From NCBI GenBank assembly GCA_964016885.1, contig OZ024744.1, positions 61,814,001-61,878,000 on the forward strand: 64,000 bases of DNA, in the 5' to 3' direction. The notes below the pieces were generated by a model. It searched no databases. It saw only the letters and a program-made list of their open reading frames with translations, and had not been told where the DNA came from. Of this stretch, positions 1-14,189 are shown piece after piece. Position numbers and translations under genes: made by a program. The DNA is from Eledone cirrhosa (Eukaryota). Position 1 is the first letter of the stretch, and each line of letters begins with the position of its first letter.

Positions 1-672
1 GCTGTGAATGGATCTGATAGACTGAAACTAAAAGAAGCATGTTGTATATATGTCTGTGTGTGTGTCCTTGCGTTTGTATTTGCCCACCCACCAATGCTTG
101 TTGGTTTGTTGACGTCCCCATAACTTACCAAGGTGATGCTCCAGCATGGGCGTAGTCTAGAGACAGAAAAAAAGTAAAGCGTATATATATGTGTGTGTGT
201 GTGTGTTTAGAAGAGGGGTCTCAAACTCAAGGACATAAAAGGGCCATTACGTCCTGGAGGAGAGGCACTGGGCCAAACGTGGTGGTGGGTGATGATTTTC
301 ACCAGTTATAATCATTTCTACTATAGGCACAATGCATGAAATTTAGGGTTTAGGGTCCTGTCGATTACATCGATCCCAGTTCACAACTGGTACTTAATTT
401 ATCGACCCCAAAAGGATGAAAGGCAAAGTTGAGATCTGGGAAATTTGAACTTGGAACGTAAAAACGGAAGAAGTACCGCTAAGCATTTCGCCAGATGTGC
501 TAACAATTCCACCAGCTTACTGCCTTATTTTCACCAGTTATAATGGAATCTGAAATATTGGTTCTACCACGGATCATAGAAAAGTAGTTCGCGGGCCGCA
601 TGTTTGAGAGATAGATAGACATGTACCAAACACACACACTTCTTACTCTCTCTCTTTCTCTATATATATATA

Positions 673-1005
673 TCATCATCATTTTACATCCGCTTTTCCC
701 TGCTTGTAAGGGTGGGACGGGAACTGATTCTGGCTTGATTTCTACAGCTGGATGCCCTTCCTAACACCAACCTCATTTACAGTGAGTGGTGGGTGCTTTT
801 TTGCCGTGGCACCTCCACGACCACTTTACAGTGGAATGATAGGGACCCCAGTCCCTATCATCTCATTTCTACAGCTGAGTAAACTGGAGCAATGTGAAAT
901 AAAGTGTCTTGCTCAAGGAAACAACACATCACTCGGTCTGAGAATTGAACTCACAACCTTTCGATTGCAAGCCCAATGCTCTAATCACTAAGCCATGTGC
1001 CTCCA
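673..1005 (-). mobile_element. tRNA-derived SINE family A (CORE-like centre, RTE-derived tail)
   Basis: A box TGGCTTAGTG, B box GAGTTCAATTC, CCTTGAGCAAGACACTT centre, tail matching the RTE 3' end plus (ATG)n; copies at 16761-17094 and 55255-55589. Confidence 0.85.
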
Positions 1006-1778
1006 TTATATATATATATATGACCCAGCAATAAAAACTGGAGACAAAATTCTTTCTGTACCAAAAACAAGGCACACACAGACAGACGTTTGTGTGTTAG
1101 TGCATGCACACACACGTGTGTGTGTGTGTGTGTGTGTGTGTGATACAGATATTGTTTGTTCACTGTCACTAAGCATCTCAATTTATTTGTTGCAACTAAA
1201 TTTGTGATCGAGGCAGTTTATTTTATAAGGTACTATTTTTCCCTTGAGTTTGTGATTTCAGAGAAAGGTAAGAAATTCTTCATATTTTGCATCTTTTGTA
1301 TTTTGACTTTACAGTTTGAATTGTAGAATTGTCTATCTACTCAAAATATTACAGCAGCTGACAGTGAAATACAAAATTTAAAAAAAAAGCTTTTTCAACT
1401 GAGATCAAATCTTTGAGAACATTCGCGTCTATTGTTCAAAAATAAATAATTGGAAATAGCTTGCTTTTGTTTTGGACTGAAACTTTTTTGTATTTAATTC
1501 GTATGAGTATTTTTTAAAGATTCTAACATAACTTGGCCCAGTAATCTACTGATATCAAAATCAGTAGTATATTGAAAAATGGAAAAATAGGGTAGGGGGC
1601 GTTTCGTGATTTCGAGGGGCAAAAGGGGGCATTTGGCCGAAATGGGTTGAGAACCTTTGCTCTAGTAGAATTAATGCTACCAGTCGTTCCAAAAATGTTG
1701 GACTTAAGAGCTGTGGAAATAATAATTCCCTAGCAAAGGATGAAAATGTGAATTTAACCTAATTTTGTACACACACAT

Positions 1779-1814
<36 letters not shown>

Positions 1815-2435
1815 GTGGGGTGTCGGCTCACTTTTAAAAATTAATTACCAATCAACCCCGTCTTGCTCATTTGTATGTATCAGTTCTTCCTTTTTCCTAA
1901 TTAATATTTTATTATTATAATTACCACACAAGAAACAGAATCTGGTAATATCCCAGTGGATATGCACAAGTTTCACTTAAAACTATGGAACACAATCTGT
2001 ATCACCATTTATTCACATACATACAAAAAGCCCCCACTGTAAAGTTTCCAGCTATAGAAACAAAGCCCAAATCAGTTCTCTATGTGCAAGACATGGTCAC
2101 CTAACCTGGCATTGCCCACAACAGGACAACTTGTCTAACCCATGTTAGTGTGGAAATAAAATGGTGATGATGATGATGATACTACATACTCACTCAGAGC
2201 CGAAATCTCAATCAGATATTAATAGTTTTGCTGTAAATGTTTTCTTTTGGGGGGTGGGAGGTGGGGGAGTATTCAGTTGATAACTTAATGAGAGGAAAAA
2301 AGGATAAAATATGAACTAATCACTCCATAATAAACATAATTGTCCAGTGTTTAAAATTTATGTTATGGTATTTAGATTCATTTTTCCTCCCTATATTAAC
2401 TAAAACAATGATTAAATTATAAATCCCTAAAAGAC

Positions 2436-2699
2436 TGTCTCAAGCCAGAAGGCTCATTTGGCCAGTGCTTATCCTGGTTTCATGGCGTGAAGTGACAGAG
2501 TACAAGACTTCTGGACAGGACGCCAGTCCATCACAGGATTAAATCCCCAGCTATTGCTGGTACTCATTTACAGCTGAGTATACTGGAGCAATGTGAAATG
2601 AAGTGCTTTGCTCAAGAACACAACACGCAACCCAGTCCAGGAATCGAACTCATGACATTATGATTGTAAGTCCAACACCACTAGGCCACGTGCATCCAC
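2436..2699 (-). mobile_element. tRNA-derived SINE with the same CORE-like centre and a different tail
   Basis: Head GTGGCCTAGTGG..GAGTTCGATTCC, centre TTCTTGAGCAAAGCACTTCATTTCACATTGCTCCAG; decayed relatives near 6160-6400, 13820-13970, 59730-59832. Confidence 0.7.
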
Positions 2700-2706
2700 T
2701 ATATAA

Positions 2707-2748
<42 letters not shown>

Positions 2749-4163
2749 AAAGCAATCACTCTACTAATTTTGGTGTTTTTTATGTAGATGTTGAAGTTGG
2801 TGAAATTTAGCAAAATATTGACTTTCAATATCAGTCTTATCCCACCCACCATTTTATCATTTTCTTTTTTTCTTTTTTGCAAATTTGTTGGCTTATGAAC
2901 CAGTATTATACAGTAACTTCATGTTATTGCAATCCATCCCAGGAGCAGTCTTTTCATGATAGAATTAGGGCCTATATCATTAAAACACTCAAGAACCTCC
3001 TGCAACCCCCAGCGAGATGCAACCTCATAAAAAGCCAACTAAATTTACATAAGGTGAGAGCTGTAACAACAACAATATAAAGACAGTTAAGATAGATGTT
3101 TTAATGATGGAGGTTCCTAAGAAAATTTATGAGACACAACCTTGCAGGAGGTCAGCTAAACCTACATAGGTTTCAGTTGCAACAACAAAATACATCAATC
3201 CAAAAATGTAATTAGGACAAATCTGAAACTTACAAACAAAATTCTCAAATAAGACTTTGAAACAACGCATCATTTTTACATTTGCTTTTCCATGTTTGCA
3301 TGGGTAAAATGGGAACACACAACAAAGATTTCTATATTTCTGTTTTTAAAATTATTTAATAATTCATGAAGTCAAAGCAAATATTTTAATTGCAATATTA
3401 GAAGCAGAAGTAGTAATAATGAAATAACTAAATATAATTTTTGTGTTCATTTTGTGCTTTTAAAATTTTTTTTGTTACATTATTGTAAATATTGCTCAAT
3501 ACATTTTTCACAAAAGTACATTCAATTTTTTTTTTTTTTTTGTAAATTATAGATTATGGCATAAGTTCTTAATAGTACCATTTTCTTTATCACTATCGCT
3601 ACAACTGCTTCAGTTAATGCTGTTAATAGTAGTAGGCATCATCTGTCTTACAATATTCATATTAGCTGACGCTGGAACTTCTACAAGAACATGTACTGAT
3701 TTCTTTGCTAAAGAGCAAAAAAAAACAAAAAAAAAAACAATGGTTTTGTCAGTAACAGCAAAAAAAAATTTTTTTTCAAACACAAAAACAAAAAACAAAC
3801 AGGACAGTGACAAGATGTCTGTAGATAATAATAATAATTATTATTATTATAAAATAATAATATCTACACAGTTACAAAAAATTACAGCACATATTTTAGA
3901 ATATTTCAATAGCTTTTTTTTGTAGATAATGTGTATAATATATCAACATGAAGCACATGCTCCATGTGTGTGTGTGTGTATATAGCAGCACACACATACA
4001 CACACATCCAAGTTGCAGAAAGAGAGAGAGAGATACCAATTCCTTATAAACTGTCCAGACATACCATCCAAGGAATATTAAAACCATCTACTGAACATAT
4101 TTTTCAAATTTAAATTCGTTTTTTATTTTTATAAATATTCTCCATCCGGAGTGAAGTTTATAC

Positions 4164-4200
<37 letters not shown>

Positions 4201-6759
4201 AAGTATAGTATAGTATAGTTAACCACTTGTTTAATGTATATGCTTAGCAGGAACATATAATTAAAGCTCTGGGGGTTAATTTTTTACCAATTTTCCAAGC
4301 TGAATTCCCATCTCTTCACTATACCATACCATGCTCACACACATACACGCACACACCCATTATATATATATATATGCATATACATATATATATTTATTTA
4401 TATAGACAGCTAAAAACGGGAAACCACTTCCATCAAATATGCGCTCATGTATAAGTATTTTTGTATATATAACACCAAAACATCTGGTGTGTATATATAT
4501 ATATATTACAGTCAAGAGTATTTCACAATTCAGTGAAATGAATTCGGGATTAACAGTATAGTGTTAAAAAAAAAAAAAAAGTGAGTTTTTTCTTTTAAAT
4601 ACCAGCAAGACACAAGGAATATAGACACCTTCACATTTTCTCTGGGAGAGTATTTATAATACTCTACTACCTAAGCTTTGTAAAAAATGAAAAAGAAAAA
4701 AAAGAAAAAAGAAACAGCCAACTGTAAAAAACAAATACAAAAGAATAAACAACGAAGGTATTTGATTTGCCAGATGAAGAAAAAATATATAATATAAAAG
4801 TTAAAAAAAAAAAGCAAAAACCTAAATTCAACAAATATAGTTACTTTGAAATTTTACAAATAAGTAGCTGAAGGATGAAAACACTTTTTAAAAATTTAGT
4901 CTAAATATATATGTATATATATTACCCATATACTTGCATATGTATACATATATCTACACACACCAGCCACACATAGATACATATGTATGTATGTACATGA
5001 TAGGAAGGGCCATGGATGCCCTCCAAATGGTTGTGAGGACTCTTCAGTTGTGACAAGGGTATGACAACCTATTTAGTGTTGGTGACACAATAAACATCCA
5101 CTACACACTGTAAAGTGGTTGGTGATAGGAAGGGCATCTAGCCATAACAAACTTATCTAACAAAGTGTCTAGAGGAATCTTCAGCTGCACCAAAAACATA
5201 ACCTTCCTAGTGTTGATGCCATGATAAAATGCACATGGTAGAGTATAGGAACATATATAAGCGAGATAGGGGGGGGGGGGCTAGACAGTCTCTACGAGTA
5301 CCACAAAATACATCCAGTGCACTGTGTAAAGTGTGGGAACATAAGCAAGACGAGGGCTCCTGGTTTATCTGAGAGGTCAATAACTTTGCTTAAGTACTGA
5401 CTTGGTCTAAAACAGATTGTCCAATCCTTGTTAGCAGGGAAAACGGATGATGAAGAAATATATGTGAGGCATCCACAGTTAGAAAATGAGGAAAACCAGT
5501 AACTGAGGTAGAACTCAATGCATGTTATAGTGCAGAATAGAAATAAAATAAAATCTCAATGGAGATTCCTTTCAGTTATTATCCAGTGGCTATGAGTTAG
5601 TCAAAATGGAGAGGACCGTCCATTGAGATACATGAGAAGAGCTTAACAGTATAAGAACAATTTTCTCCTCACATATTTAATTCTTGACAAAATTCAATTT
5701 TAGGAAAAATATCTGCATTAAACACACACACACAAATATTTTTCAATCACAGCTGTATATTGTTTGGTAATAAATTGTCACATTGTTATATATAATTTTT
5801 CTTAGTCACAAAGGCAGAATTCTTTTTGTGTGTGGAAGGGTACATGGAAACTGTCAATTGTATGAACTCTAATGCTCAACTATTTTACAATCAAACAATG
5901 GAAAGACAAGAAGCAACAATGACTTTGCCAGGATTTTGACTTAAAATGCAAAGAAATGAAACAAATACCACAAGCTATTTTTTCTTTGATACTCTAACAA
6001 TAAATACTATATTTGTCAGTATACAAGACACTGTAAAAGTATAAGATGCACCTAACGTTTTGAAATTTTTTTTCCTCATTTTATTTCAGTTTTGAGAATG
6101 TACTTTTACTATATCTTTGAATAATAAGATCTACAACATCAGGTGTAATAAATGTTTGTGGAGGCACATGACTAAGTGGTTAAGATGTTGGGCTCACGAC
6201 TGTAACATTGGGTTCAAATCTCCGACCAGGCAATTTGTTCATTTCATGTTCTAATTTACTCAGTTAAAACAAAAAAGGAAAAGGGAAAACATAGTACCAA
6301 CAGCAGCAACAGCTTTTGGTTAGCCTTGTGATGGACTGGTGTCATGTCCAAGAGTGGAGTCTTGTTGACAGTCACTTAACACCTCACTGAGCATAAAAAC
6401 GATGCTCTCTTTCACTGTCTCTTGTTATAGTATAGAGAAATCCTTTACACTATAATTCCTAGTCATGTGCAGCACCATATTTAAATAGCTGTCTGCAACA
6501 AGATGGATTAAATTTATCCAGAAGAAGATTTTATTACACATCTATGTAATAACATTACCAAACCTACTAGAGATAGAGCCCCTCCACCCACCATCTATGT
6601 TTTGTTTTTTCCTGATACATGGTCATATTTGAAATTAAAGAAAAATAAATAATTTAACTTCCACATATTTATTAGTTCTTCCAACCGAAACGAAATATGA
6701 CTTATTTCTGTAGATTAAAAAAATAAGTCATTAAACTGTTGGAATCTGAGAAAATTCTC

Positions 6760-7110
6760 CAGATTAAGTTAGACATCACAACTAGATGGCTAAGACTCTC
6801 TACATTAAAGTTACACACCAAAGACTAAACAAGCTATACATCTCAACGGATTATTAAGAAGATCCTACGTTAAGTTATACCACATAATTGGATGGCTAGG
6901 AAATCTCTAAATTAAGTTATATATCACAACTGGATGATTAAGAAAAGACTACATTCAGTCATACATCACAACAGGATGGCTAAGATTTTACATCTAGATT
7001 GGATGACAAACTCTACATTGTTAGAAATCACAATTGGAAGGCTAAGACTATGAATTCACAATTGGATGACAAAGAAAAGACTACATTAAGTCATATATCA
7101 CACCTGGATG
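6760..7110. repeat. Degenerate ~40-bp minisatellite
   Basis: About nine units like attaagtta.acatcacaactggatggctaagact. Confidence 0.75.
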
Positions 7111-8423
7111 ATGAAATACAGCAATAGTAATATATGTCTATTGCTATCATGGTTTTGTTGGTGGTGTTTCTTTTCATAACCCATGCTAACATGGAAGATG
7201 GACATTAAACGAAGATGATGACACATATGTATCATACTCATGTATGAGTCACATATCCATTTTACATGCATACATACATACATTTACAATGTACTACATA
7301 TTTTGAATTGAAATTTTGTAGGTTCAGTAGATAAATAACATGGTACTTTTTATGCCATATTTTCTCGAGGGCAGGCAGACATGGCCCGGATGGTTAATAA
7401 GTATCTTTGCAACCACATGGATTGTAAGTGAAACCCACATGAGTGGCAATTTCTGTAAGTGTTTTATACCAAAGGCTTGAGTTGAGTCAAACCGTTTCAA
7501 TGAAATTAGGTAGACAGAAACTATGCAGAAGCTCACTACATGTGTGTGTGTTGGTGTATTGAACAAAAATACCTAGCTTTATTTAGTTTTGCCCAAGTGA
7601 AGTCCCTTTACATCAGTGTTGACTTGCTTTTCGTCTCCTATGAGGTAATTCATCGGATCAGGTCCTCAGGTTGCTACAATAAAAGAGTGTATGTGTGTGT
7701 GTGTTTGTGTGTTCTTTAAATTGTTCAGTCAAATAGATTGTGGCCTTACAATTTTAGTCAATTATGTCAACCCAAGGACTAAAATTGACTAAAACAGTAT
7801 AGCAACAGTAAAAGAATACACACACATACATTCATACAATGGTCATGTCACTAAGATAGAGTCATGTTTTTCTATCTTCAACAAAGCCAAGTTTAAAGTA
7901 GGAATGAAGAATTTGGGTGAGGCTACTAGTTTGAGAATACTTTTTCTTTCTCTCTCTCCCCTTCTGTTCCTTCCACTAGTCTCAGAGATTTTGAAAAAGG
8001 ACATGGGCAAAGCCATTCCTTCTTTGTCTAAATATTAAAACAAATAAAAAAGCATATTTAGAATGTGTGTATGTATATATAAATATACACACATACATCA
8101 TCATCACCGTTTTACATCCGTTCTTCCACGCTAGCATGGGTTAGACGGGTTGTCCTGTTGTGGGCAGTGTCCGGTTGGCTGACATTGTCTTGCTCATACA
8201 GGAACTGATTCTGGCTCGATTTCTACAGCTGGATGCCCTTCCTAACACCAACCTCATTTACAGTGAGTGCTGGGTGCTTTTTTTCCGTGGCACCTACACG
8301 TCCACTTTACAGTGTGGGCTGGGTGCTTTTTTGCCATGGCACCTCCACGACCACTTTGCAGTGGGGGCATATTGTCTATATGCTTGAGCTTCGGCTTGTA
8401 CCCGTGGGGGGTCGGGTATTCTG

Positions 8424-8454
<31 letters not shown>

Positions 8455-8535
8455 AATCCTTATTGAGTACACTTCGGATTTTGGTCTTAGAATTTATTAT
8501 TACTATATATATATATATATATCTCGTTTCTGAAT

Positions 8536-9097
8536 TTGTTTAGCAAGATTCTTTATCTGAAAAAGTGTGTTGAAACCGATATTGTTATACTTTGGGAGGG
8601 TCATGTTGCCAATAAGAAACACACGCACCAGTTGCTTTCACTCCAATTTATTATAAATTTTAAGAAATTTATAAATTTCCGGTTGGTTGGTTCCACAACC
8701 GGACGGTTGTTCATATATTGTCAAAGTTCTTTCGTCACACATTCTGTCACCTCTTCAGTGACTGGGGATTCTTTTCTTTGTTTTGTGCCTCTCCTTTGTT
8801 CTGTCCTACACCATCTTGTTTTTGTTTTTGTGTGTGTTGTCAACACACAAAAACAAGATGGCATAGGACAGAACAAAGGAGAGGCACAAAACAAAGAAAA
8901 GAATCCCCAGTCACTGAAGAGGTCACAAAATGTGTGACGAAAGAACTTTGACAATATATGAACAACCTTCCGGTTGTGGAACCAACCAGAAATTTATAAA
9001 TTTTTTAAAATTTATAATTTAATTTATAATAAATTGGAGTGAAAGCAACTGGTGCATGTGTTTCTTATTGGCAACATGACCCTCCCAAAGTATAATA
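8536..9097. mobile_element. Fold-back element: tail (8536-8579) plus ~520-bp palindrome (8580-9097)
   Basis: Arms mirror around ~8836-8844; mirrored ORFs 8718-8951(+) and 8721-8954(-) reflect the palindrome; TA flanks. Confidence 0.9.
8910..8952 (+). ncRNA. Minimal hammerhead-like motif (mirror on minus strand at 8720-8762)
   Basis: GUCA-CUGAAGA-(G)GUCACA(AAAUG)UGUGAC-GAAA-GAAC-UU-UGAC; extra G before stem II and weak stem III. Confidence 0.55.
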
Positions 9098-10330
9098 TAT
9101 ATATATATATATACATATACATAGACAGTTTGTTTTAAATGTAGACACTTAGCAAGAATATACAATTGAATAGCTTTAATGTTTATTTTTTCCAATTTTT
9201 CATACAGAGTCCCACAATGCACACACAAACACACAACTAAAATTAGAAACCACTTTACATTATATATATATATGAGAATATACACATAATGAAACTAATG
9301 GATATAAAACAACTTGCTTGATTACCAGGCAAGGACACTGCTATACTGACCATCATGAAGACATCAATGTCCTCTACATAAACAGACTGACCTTTATAAA
9401 GACATTCAGGTCTTCTAAAATACACAGATTGACCATTACAAAGACATCAATGTCCTCTAAATACACAGACTGACAGTCATTATCATTATTTAACCCTTGT
9501 TTTCCCTGCTAGCAAAGACGACAACATTTCCTATTTTAGAAAAAAAAGAAAAAAAAAAAATTACTTCTGATTCAGTGAAAGAAAACTAGTTTTAAAGAAT
9601 TTCTATTTAAATTAAAGTCTTTCAACAAAAATTGTTATGTTTTAAATACCATATCAACACCATCATATTACATTTCTTTTGCATGCTGGCATGGTATTGA
9701 TTGATAAGTTAGTAATTTTATCCAAATTACAGTCCGCCTATATGAATTGAAGGGCTCATTCAAAATGTTCCATTTTTAGCTGGTTGCCTTTCCTTACCAA
9801 CCACTTATCATGGCATCAGCATTGGGGAGGTTGTCATGTCCTCAATATAACAAGAGAGTTCTCTCTAACCTATATCATCTACATTCAACCTTCAACACTT
9901 TACAGTGTACTGAGTGCATTTTAGCATAGCATCAACACAAGAGAAATTATGTTCTTAAAAACGAATTAGGAGAGGTTTACTGAAATTACCAATTATTAAG
10001 GAATTACAATGCTGTGAATTTTATTAGGAATATCGACAAAGACATTTTAAAATATACAACTGAATATATCTTTATTGTGAGTCTATTCGATAGTGGATAC
10101 CCCGGTTTATCTATAAATTTATCAATCTATTCAACACATAGCTAATGCAAGTTATATAAATTATCTTTCAACTGTACCTGTCATATAAGATATATAACTA
10201 TTTTAATACTATTTACATATGAAGAAAAAAAACAAGCAATTGTTGAGGTGAGGTGTGGTTATTAAAATCAATAACATTACTGGTACTTATTTTATTATCA
10301 AAGTAGATGTTTATTATTATAAAATGAAAC

Positions 10331-10520
10331 GGTGGATTGGCAGTATCGGTAGAGGGTCGGATGCCATGCTTTGACGCATAGAGTTACGGTCCTTGCCATT
10401 CTGAGTTCAAATCCAGCCCAGGTTTACTTTGCCTTTCATCCTTACGGGGTCAATAAAATAAAGTACCAGTAATGCATTGGGTAATTGCTGACTTTGTGCC
10501 AAAAGTAGAAACAATTATTA
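10331..10520 (+). mobile_element. tRNA-derived SINE family B
   Basis: Head ..CTGAGTTCAAATCC, conserved domain TTTGCCTTTCATCCTTACGGGGTC.ATAAAATAAAGTACCAGT, tail GTGCC..AAGTAGAAAC; many minus-strand copies (315-525, 15290-15500, 16190-16490, 54765-55100). Confidence 0.8.
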
Positions 10521-11689
10521 TAAAATGAAACTATGGAGAATGTGGATCTCATTACATTACATACACTGACGCATCCACACTGTCTGGTTACATCTGACTG
10601 TACTAACCAGACAACTGTAAAATATAATGAACAATAAGCTGACTTAATCAGTGATGGATGCCCAAGCAGGTTTTAATATCCCAGTCGACTTCTACACAGA
10701 CCCACACACAGAATCTTACACATAAACATATCCTCTCACATGCTCGCAAACATATATAAACATACACAAACTCATATGCTCAAACTCACACACACAGAAC
10801 TTCCAATACACATGCACAGATTCACACACACACTCAGCCACACCAGACTCATATATAGACATACTCACACAAGCATACAGTCACTCACATACAGAAGGAA
10901 CTGGTAATAGGTATTTGGACTATGTCCAGTGGTCCTACTGCCAGTAAGGTTAGAACCAAAAGAATACAACAGAAAGGTATTAATAAACAATGAACCCAAC
11001 TGAATGACAGGGCATGATTGACAACTCAGTTCAATTCTGAGGGAAGAGAGTCCTCCACCCTACCCTATCCTACTTTAGCAAGAAACATGAATAAACATCT
11101 GGCAAATAACCTCTGGATGGGAGGTGAGATAGAATAAAATAAAGAATATGAAATGTAAAAAAATACAATAAAAAAGGAGACAAAACAAATAGTGAAGTAA
11201 ATGAACCATAAAGTAAAACAACAATGTTGGCTGTATTGTTATGCAAATGAGGACATAGCAATAAAAAAAACAACAACAAATTATCCAATTTAAATAAATA
11301 AATAAATTGATAGAACTACATTTAATTGATGATGTTAATGATGCGAATTAGAGGCAGTGAATGTAAAAATGTAAACAGATCACAAATCTGAAACATGAAA
11401 ATTACATACTCATATATATGTGTGTGTGTGTGTGTGTAATTAAGAATGGTTTCTGAAGGGGTTTGGGGAGAAACCACAGTTAAATAAAGTACTCAATACA
11501 TCAGTAGAGAAGAAGCATATTTATTTCATATAGAAACGACTTTACAGGACTAGAACTGTTTCATTTTTTGAAATTATCAGAAATGTCAGATAAAGTTGGT
11601 CTGGTTTGGTATTTATATGCTTCTTAGGGGCAGAGAAAGAGAGGAAAGGAGGGGGAGGAGGAGAGGGAAAAGAGCAATAATAATAATGG

Positions 11690-12090
11690 TTTCTTATATA
11701 GGCACAAGGCCAGCAATTTTGGGGGAGGGGAAAGTCGATTAAATTGACCCCAGTGCGTGACTGGTACTTTATTTTATCGACCCCGTAAGGATGAAAGGCA
11801 AAGTTAACCTCAGCGGGATTTGAACTCAGATCATAAAGGGCCATAGCTCTTTGCTGCAAAGCATGGCGTCCGACCTTCTACCAATACTGCCAATCCACCG
11901 GCAATAATAATGTTTCTACTTTTGGCACAAGGCCAGTAATTATCCCAGTGTATTACTGGTACTTTATTTTATCGACCCCGTAAGGATGAAAGGCAAAGTT
12001 AACCTCGGCGGGATTTTAACTCAGAATGGCTCTATGCGTCAAAGCATGGCGTCCGACCCTCTACCGATACTGCTAATCCACAGCCCTAAC
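11690..12090 (-). mobile_element. Two tandem SINE family B copies
   Basis: 11690-11900 and 11912-12090, each ggcacaaggccag..ctggtact..atcgaccccgtaaggatgaaaggcaaagtt..aactcaga. Confidence 0.8.
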
Positions 12091-12335
12091 CGGTAATAAT
12101 TATAATAATAGGTGAAAGAAGGAGACCCTTCATCTTATCTTTTTTCTACATATCCTCCTCTCTTCCTCCCACCCCCCTTTTCCTCTCTTTCTCTACTGCC
12201 AAGAAATCTATAAATACTGAACCTGACCAACTTTAATATTCCCAATAATTTCAAAATGAAACAGTTCTAGTCCTGTAGAAGTAATTTCTACATGAGATAT
12301 ATATATATATTATACATCCACACACACACACGCGC

Positions 12336-12367
<32 letters not shown>

Positions 12368-12478
12368 CTGTATATGTGTGTATGTTAATGTGTGTGTATG
12401 TGTTTTCACACAAATATATATGCTCCTCAGTATCTTAACTAAGAGAGAAAGAGAGAAAGAGAAAGAGAGAAAGTTTCT

Positions 12479-12711
12479 TTAGAATAGCTCTTCTTCTGTC
12501 AAGCCAATGGCATGACATGTTGAACTGTTTCCTTGCGGCTGTCTTTGTTTCTTTTTCCACATTTTGTCTTCTGGATTGTCAATAGGTTGGAAGCCTGCAA
12601 TCTCCGTTCGTATCCTCTCTATTTCCTGCAGGTAAAGCTGTTTTTCACGTTGAGTAAGGCCATCAGAATCAACTCCATTATCTTTGTCTGGGAAGAGCAA
12701 CCGATCCATAA
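12479..12711 (-). CDS. Terminal coding exon of host gene (MDRLLFPDKDNGVDSDGLTQREKQLYLQEIERIRTEIAGFQPIDNPEDKMWKKKQRQPQGNSSTCHAIGLTEEELF*)
   Basis: Acceptor tttttttctaaatcatag|TT ATG; A from the previous exon plus TT gives Ile in frame; TAA at 12479-12481; protein-like helical sequence; product not recognised. Confidence 0.8.
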
Positions 12712-13271
12712 CTATGATTTAGAAAAAAATAGAAGAAAAAAAAAACCCACTGAATTAAAAACCCCCAAATGGTTGACATAAAAACTAAACAAATAAATTA
12801 TAATAGTGATGAAAAAACATCTTTTTTCTCAGTATGGAGGAATAATTGAAAGTGTTTACACTTCACAGTCTATTATTTATACAGCTGAGGCTTCTGTTTA
12901 AAAAAAAATGTTATATCTACCTTAAGTTTAACCTAAATTTTGTGTCCCTTTTTGTATAGAAATTCTAGGAACTGAGTTATGTATTAATGAGGATGGGACT
13001 GCAACTGAAGGGAAAGGTGTACATTGCATGTGTGAAAAGTATCATGATTTATGGGAACAATACATAGGTGATGAACATAGAGCAGCAAAGAAGGCTGGAA
13101 ATAATGGAAATAGGAATTATCTAATGAATGAGCAGAGTACTGGAGAGAGAGAGGAGAGAGAGAGAGGGGGGGGGGGGGGGGGGGAGGGGGGGGGGGGGGG
13201 GGGGGGGGTGGAAAGGGGGTGGGGGGGGAGAGAAGAGAGAGAAGAGGAGAGAGAAGGAGAGAGAGAGCGGG

Positions 13272-13335
<64 letters not shown>

Positions 13336-13344
13336 TTAACAATC

Positions 13345-13650
13345 AATACCAGAGGATAATAGTAGGAATAGAGCCAGTGAAAAATATGAAGAGAAATAGA
13401 ATGAGGTGGGTGGGACATGTATTGAGGAAGGACAATAGTGACTGGGTGAAAGTGGTGATGGCAATGAATGTGGAAGGAAGTAGGGGAAGAAGAAGACCAA
13501 GAAAGACATGGCTAATAATTATCAAGGGGGAAATGAAATGTTAAGGGGTGTTGGTGAGAGGCAGGTGCAAAACAATAGAGAAAATAGAGAAGCCTGTAAT
13601 GGGGGATCACAAAGCTGACCCTTGTTTTAGCAGATATGAACACCTTTAAA
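13345..13650 (+). mobile_element. Degraded RTE LINE 3' end
   Basis: RMRWVGHVLRKDNSDWVK..GRRRPRKTW within ORF 13128-13544. Confidence 0.7.
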
Positions 13651-14189
13651 ATGTTTGTGTTGAATATATATATATAGATATCCCTTTGAGACAAGTAAAC
13701 AGAAAATAGATACTGTATATCATAATAAACTGGGATGCACTAAAAAAAACAAGATTTTCCCCTGTATCATTCCAGTAACGACAATAATAATTATAATTAT
13801 ATATAGCCATTATTTTCATTGTGTAGCCCAGTTGTTTGGGTATTCAGTTTAGGATCGCAGTGTTGTGGGTTTGATTTCTGTACAAAATGGCACATTGTAT
13901 TCTTGAGCAAAATACTTTATTTCATGTTGTTCCAGTCAACTCAGAAGAAAACGAGTACCAGCAGCAGTTGGGAATGAAACATACGTTCCGACCAGATCAG
14001 CCTCCAGGCTTGTGATAGTGTTTAACTTTTAAAAGTCATACATATATAATGGAAAAATCAAAGTTTTAGTACCTAGTACCTTGATACCATAAAGGAAGTG
14101 GCCCTGTTCGATATGTAGTAAACAAGTAGGCAGAAACTCTATATGATATTTACAATGTAAATCTTGGGTTCACAAGAGGTGTGGGATAG

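Noticed and set aside
211-610. hAT-like MITE ends (ggggtctcaaact ... atgtttgagag) around a SINE
   Set aside because: Termini too decayed and no target-site duplication visible
920-1005. tRNA-like sequences (also 17010-17094 and 55255-55320)
   Set aside because: SINE heads with A/B boxes followed by SINE body and tail, not tRNA genes
12984-13418. Pro-rich, Gly-rich and ER-repeat ORFs
   Set aside because: Poly-G and (GA)n low-complexity translations
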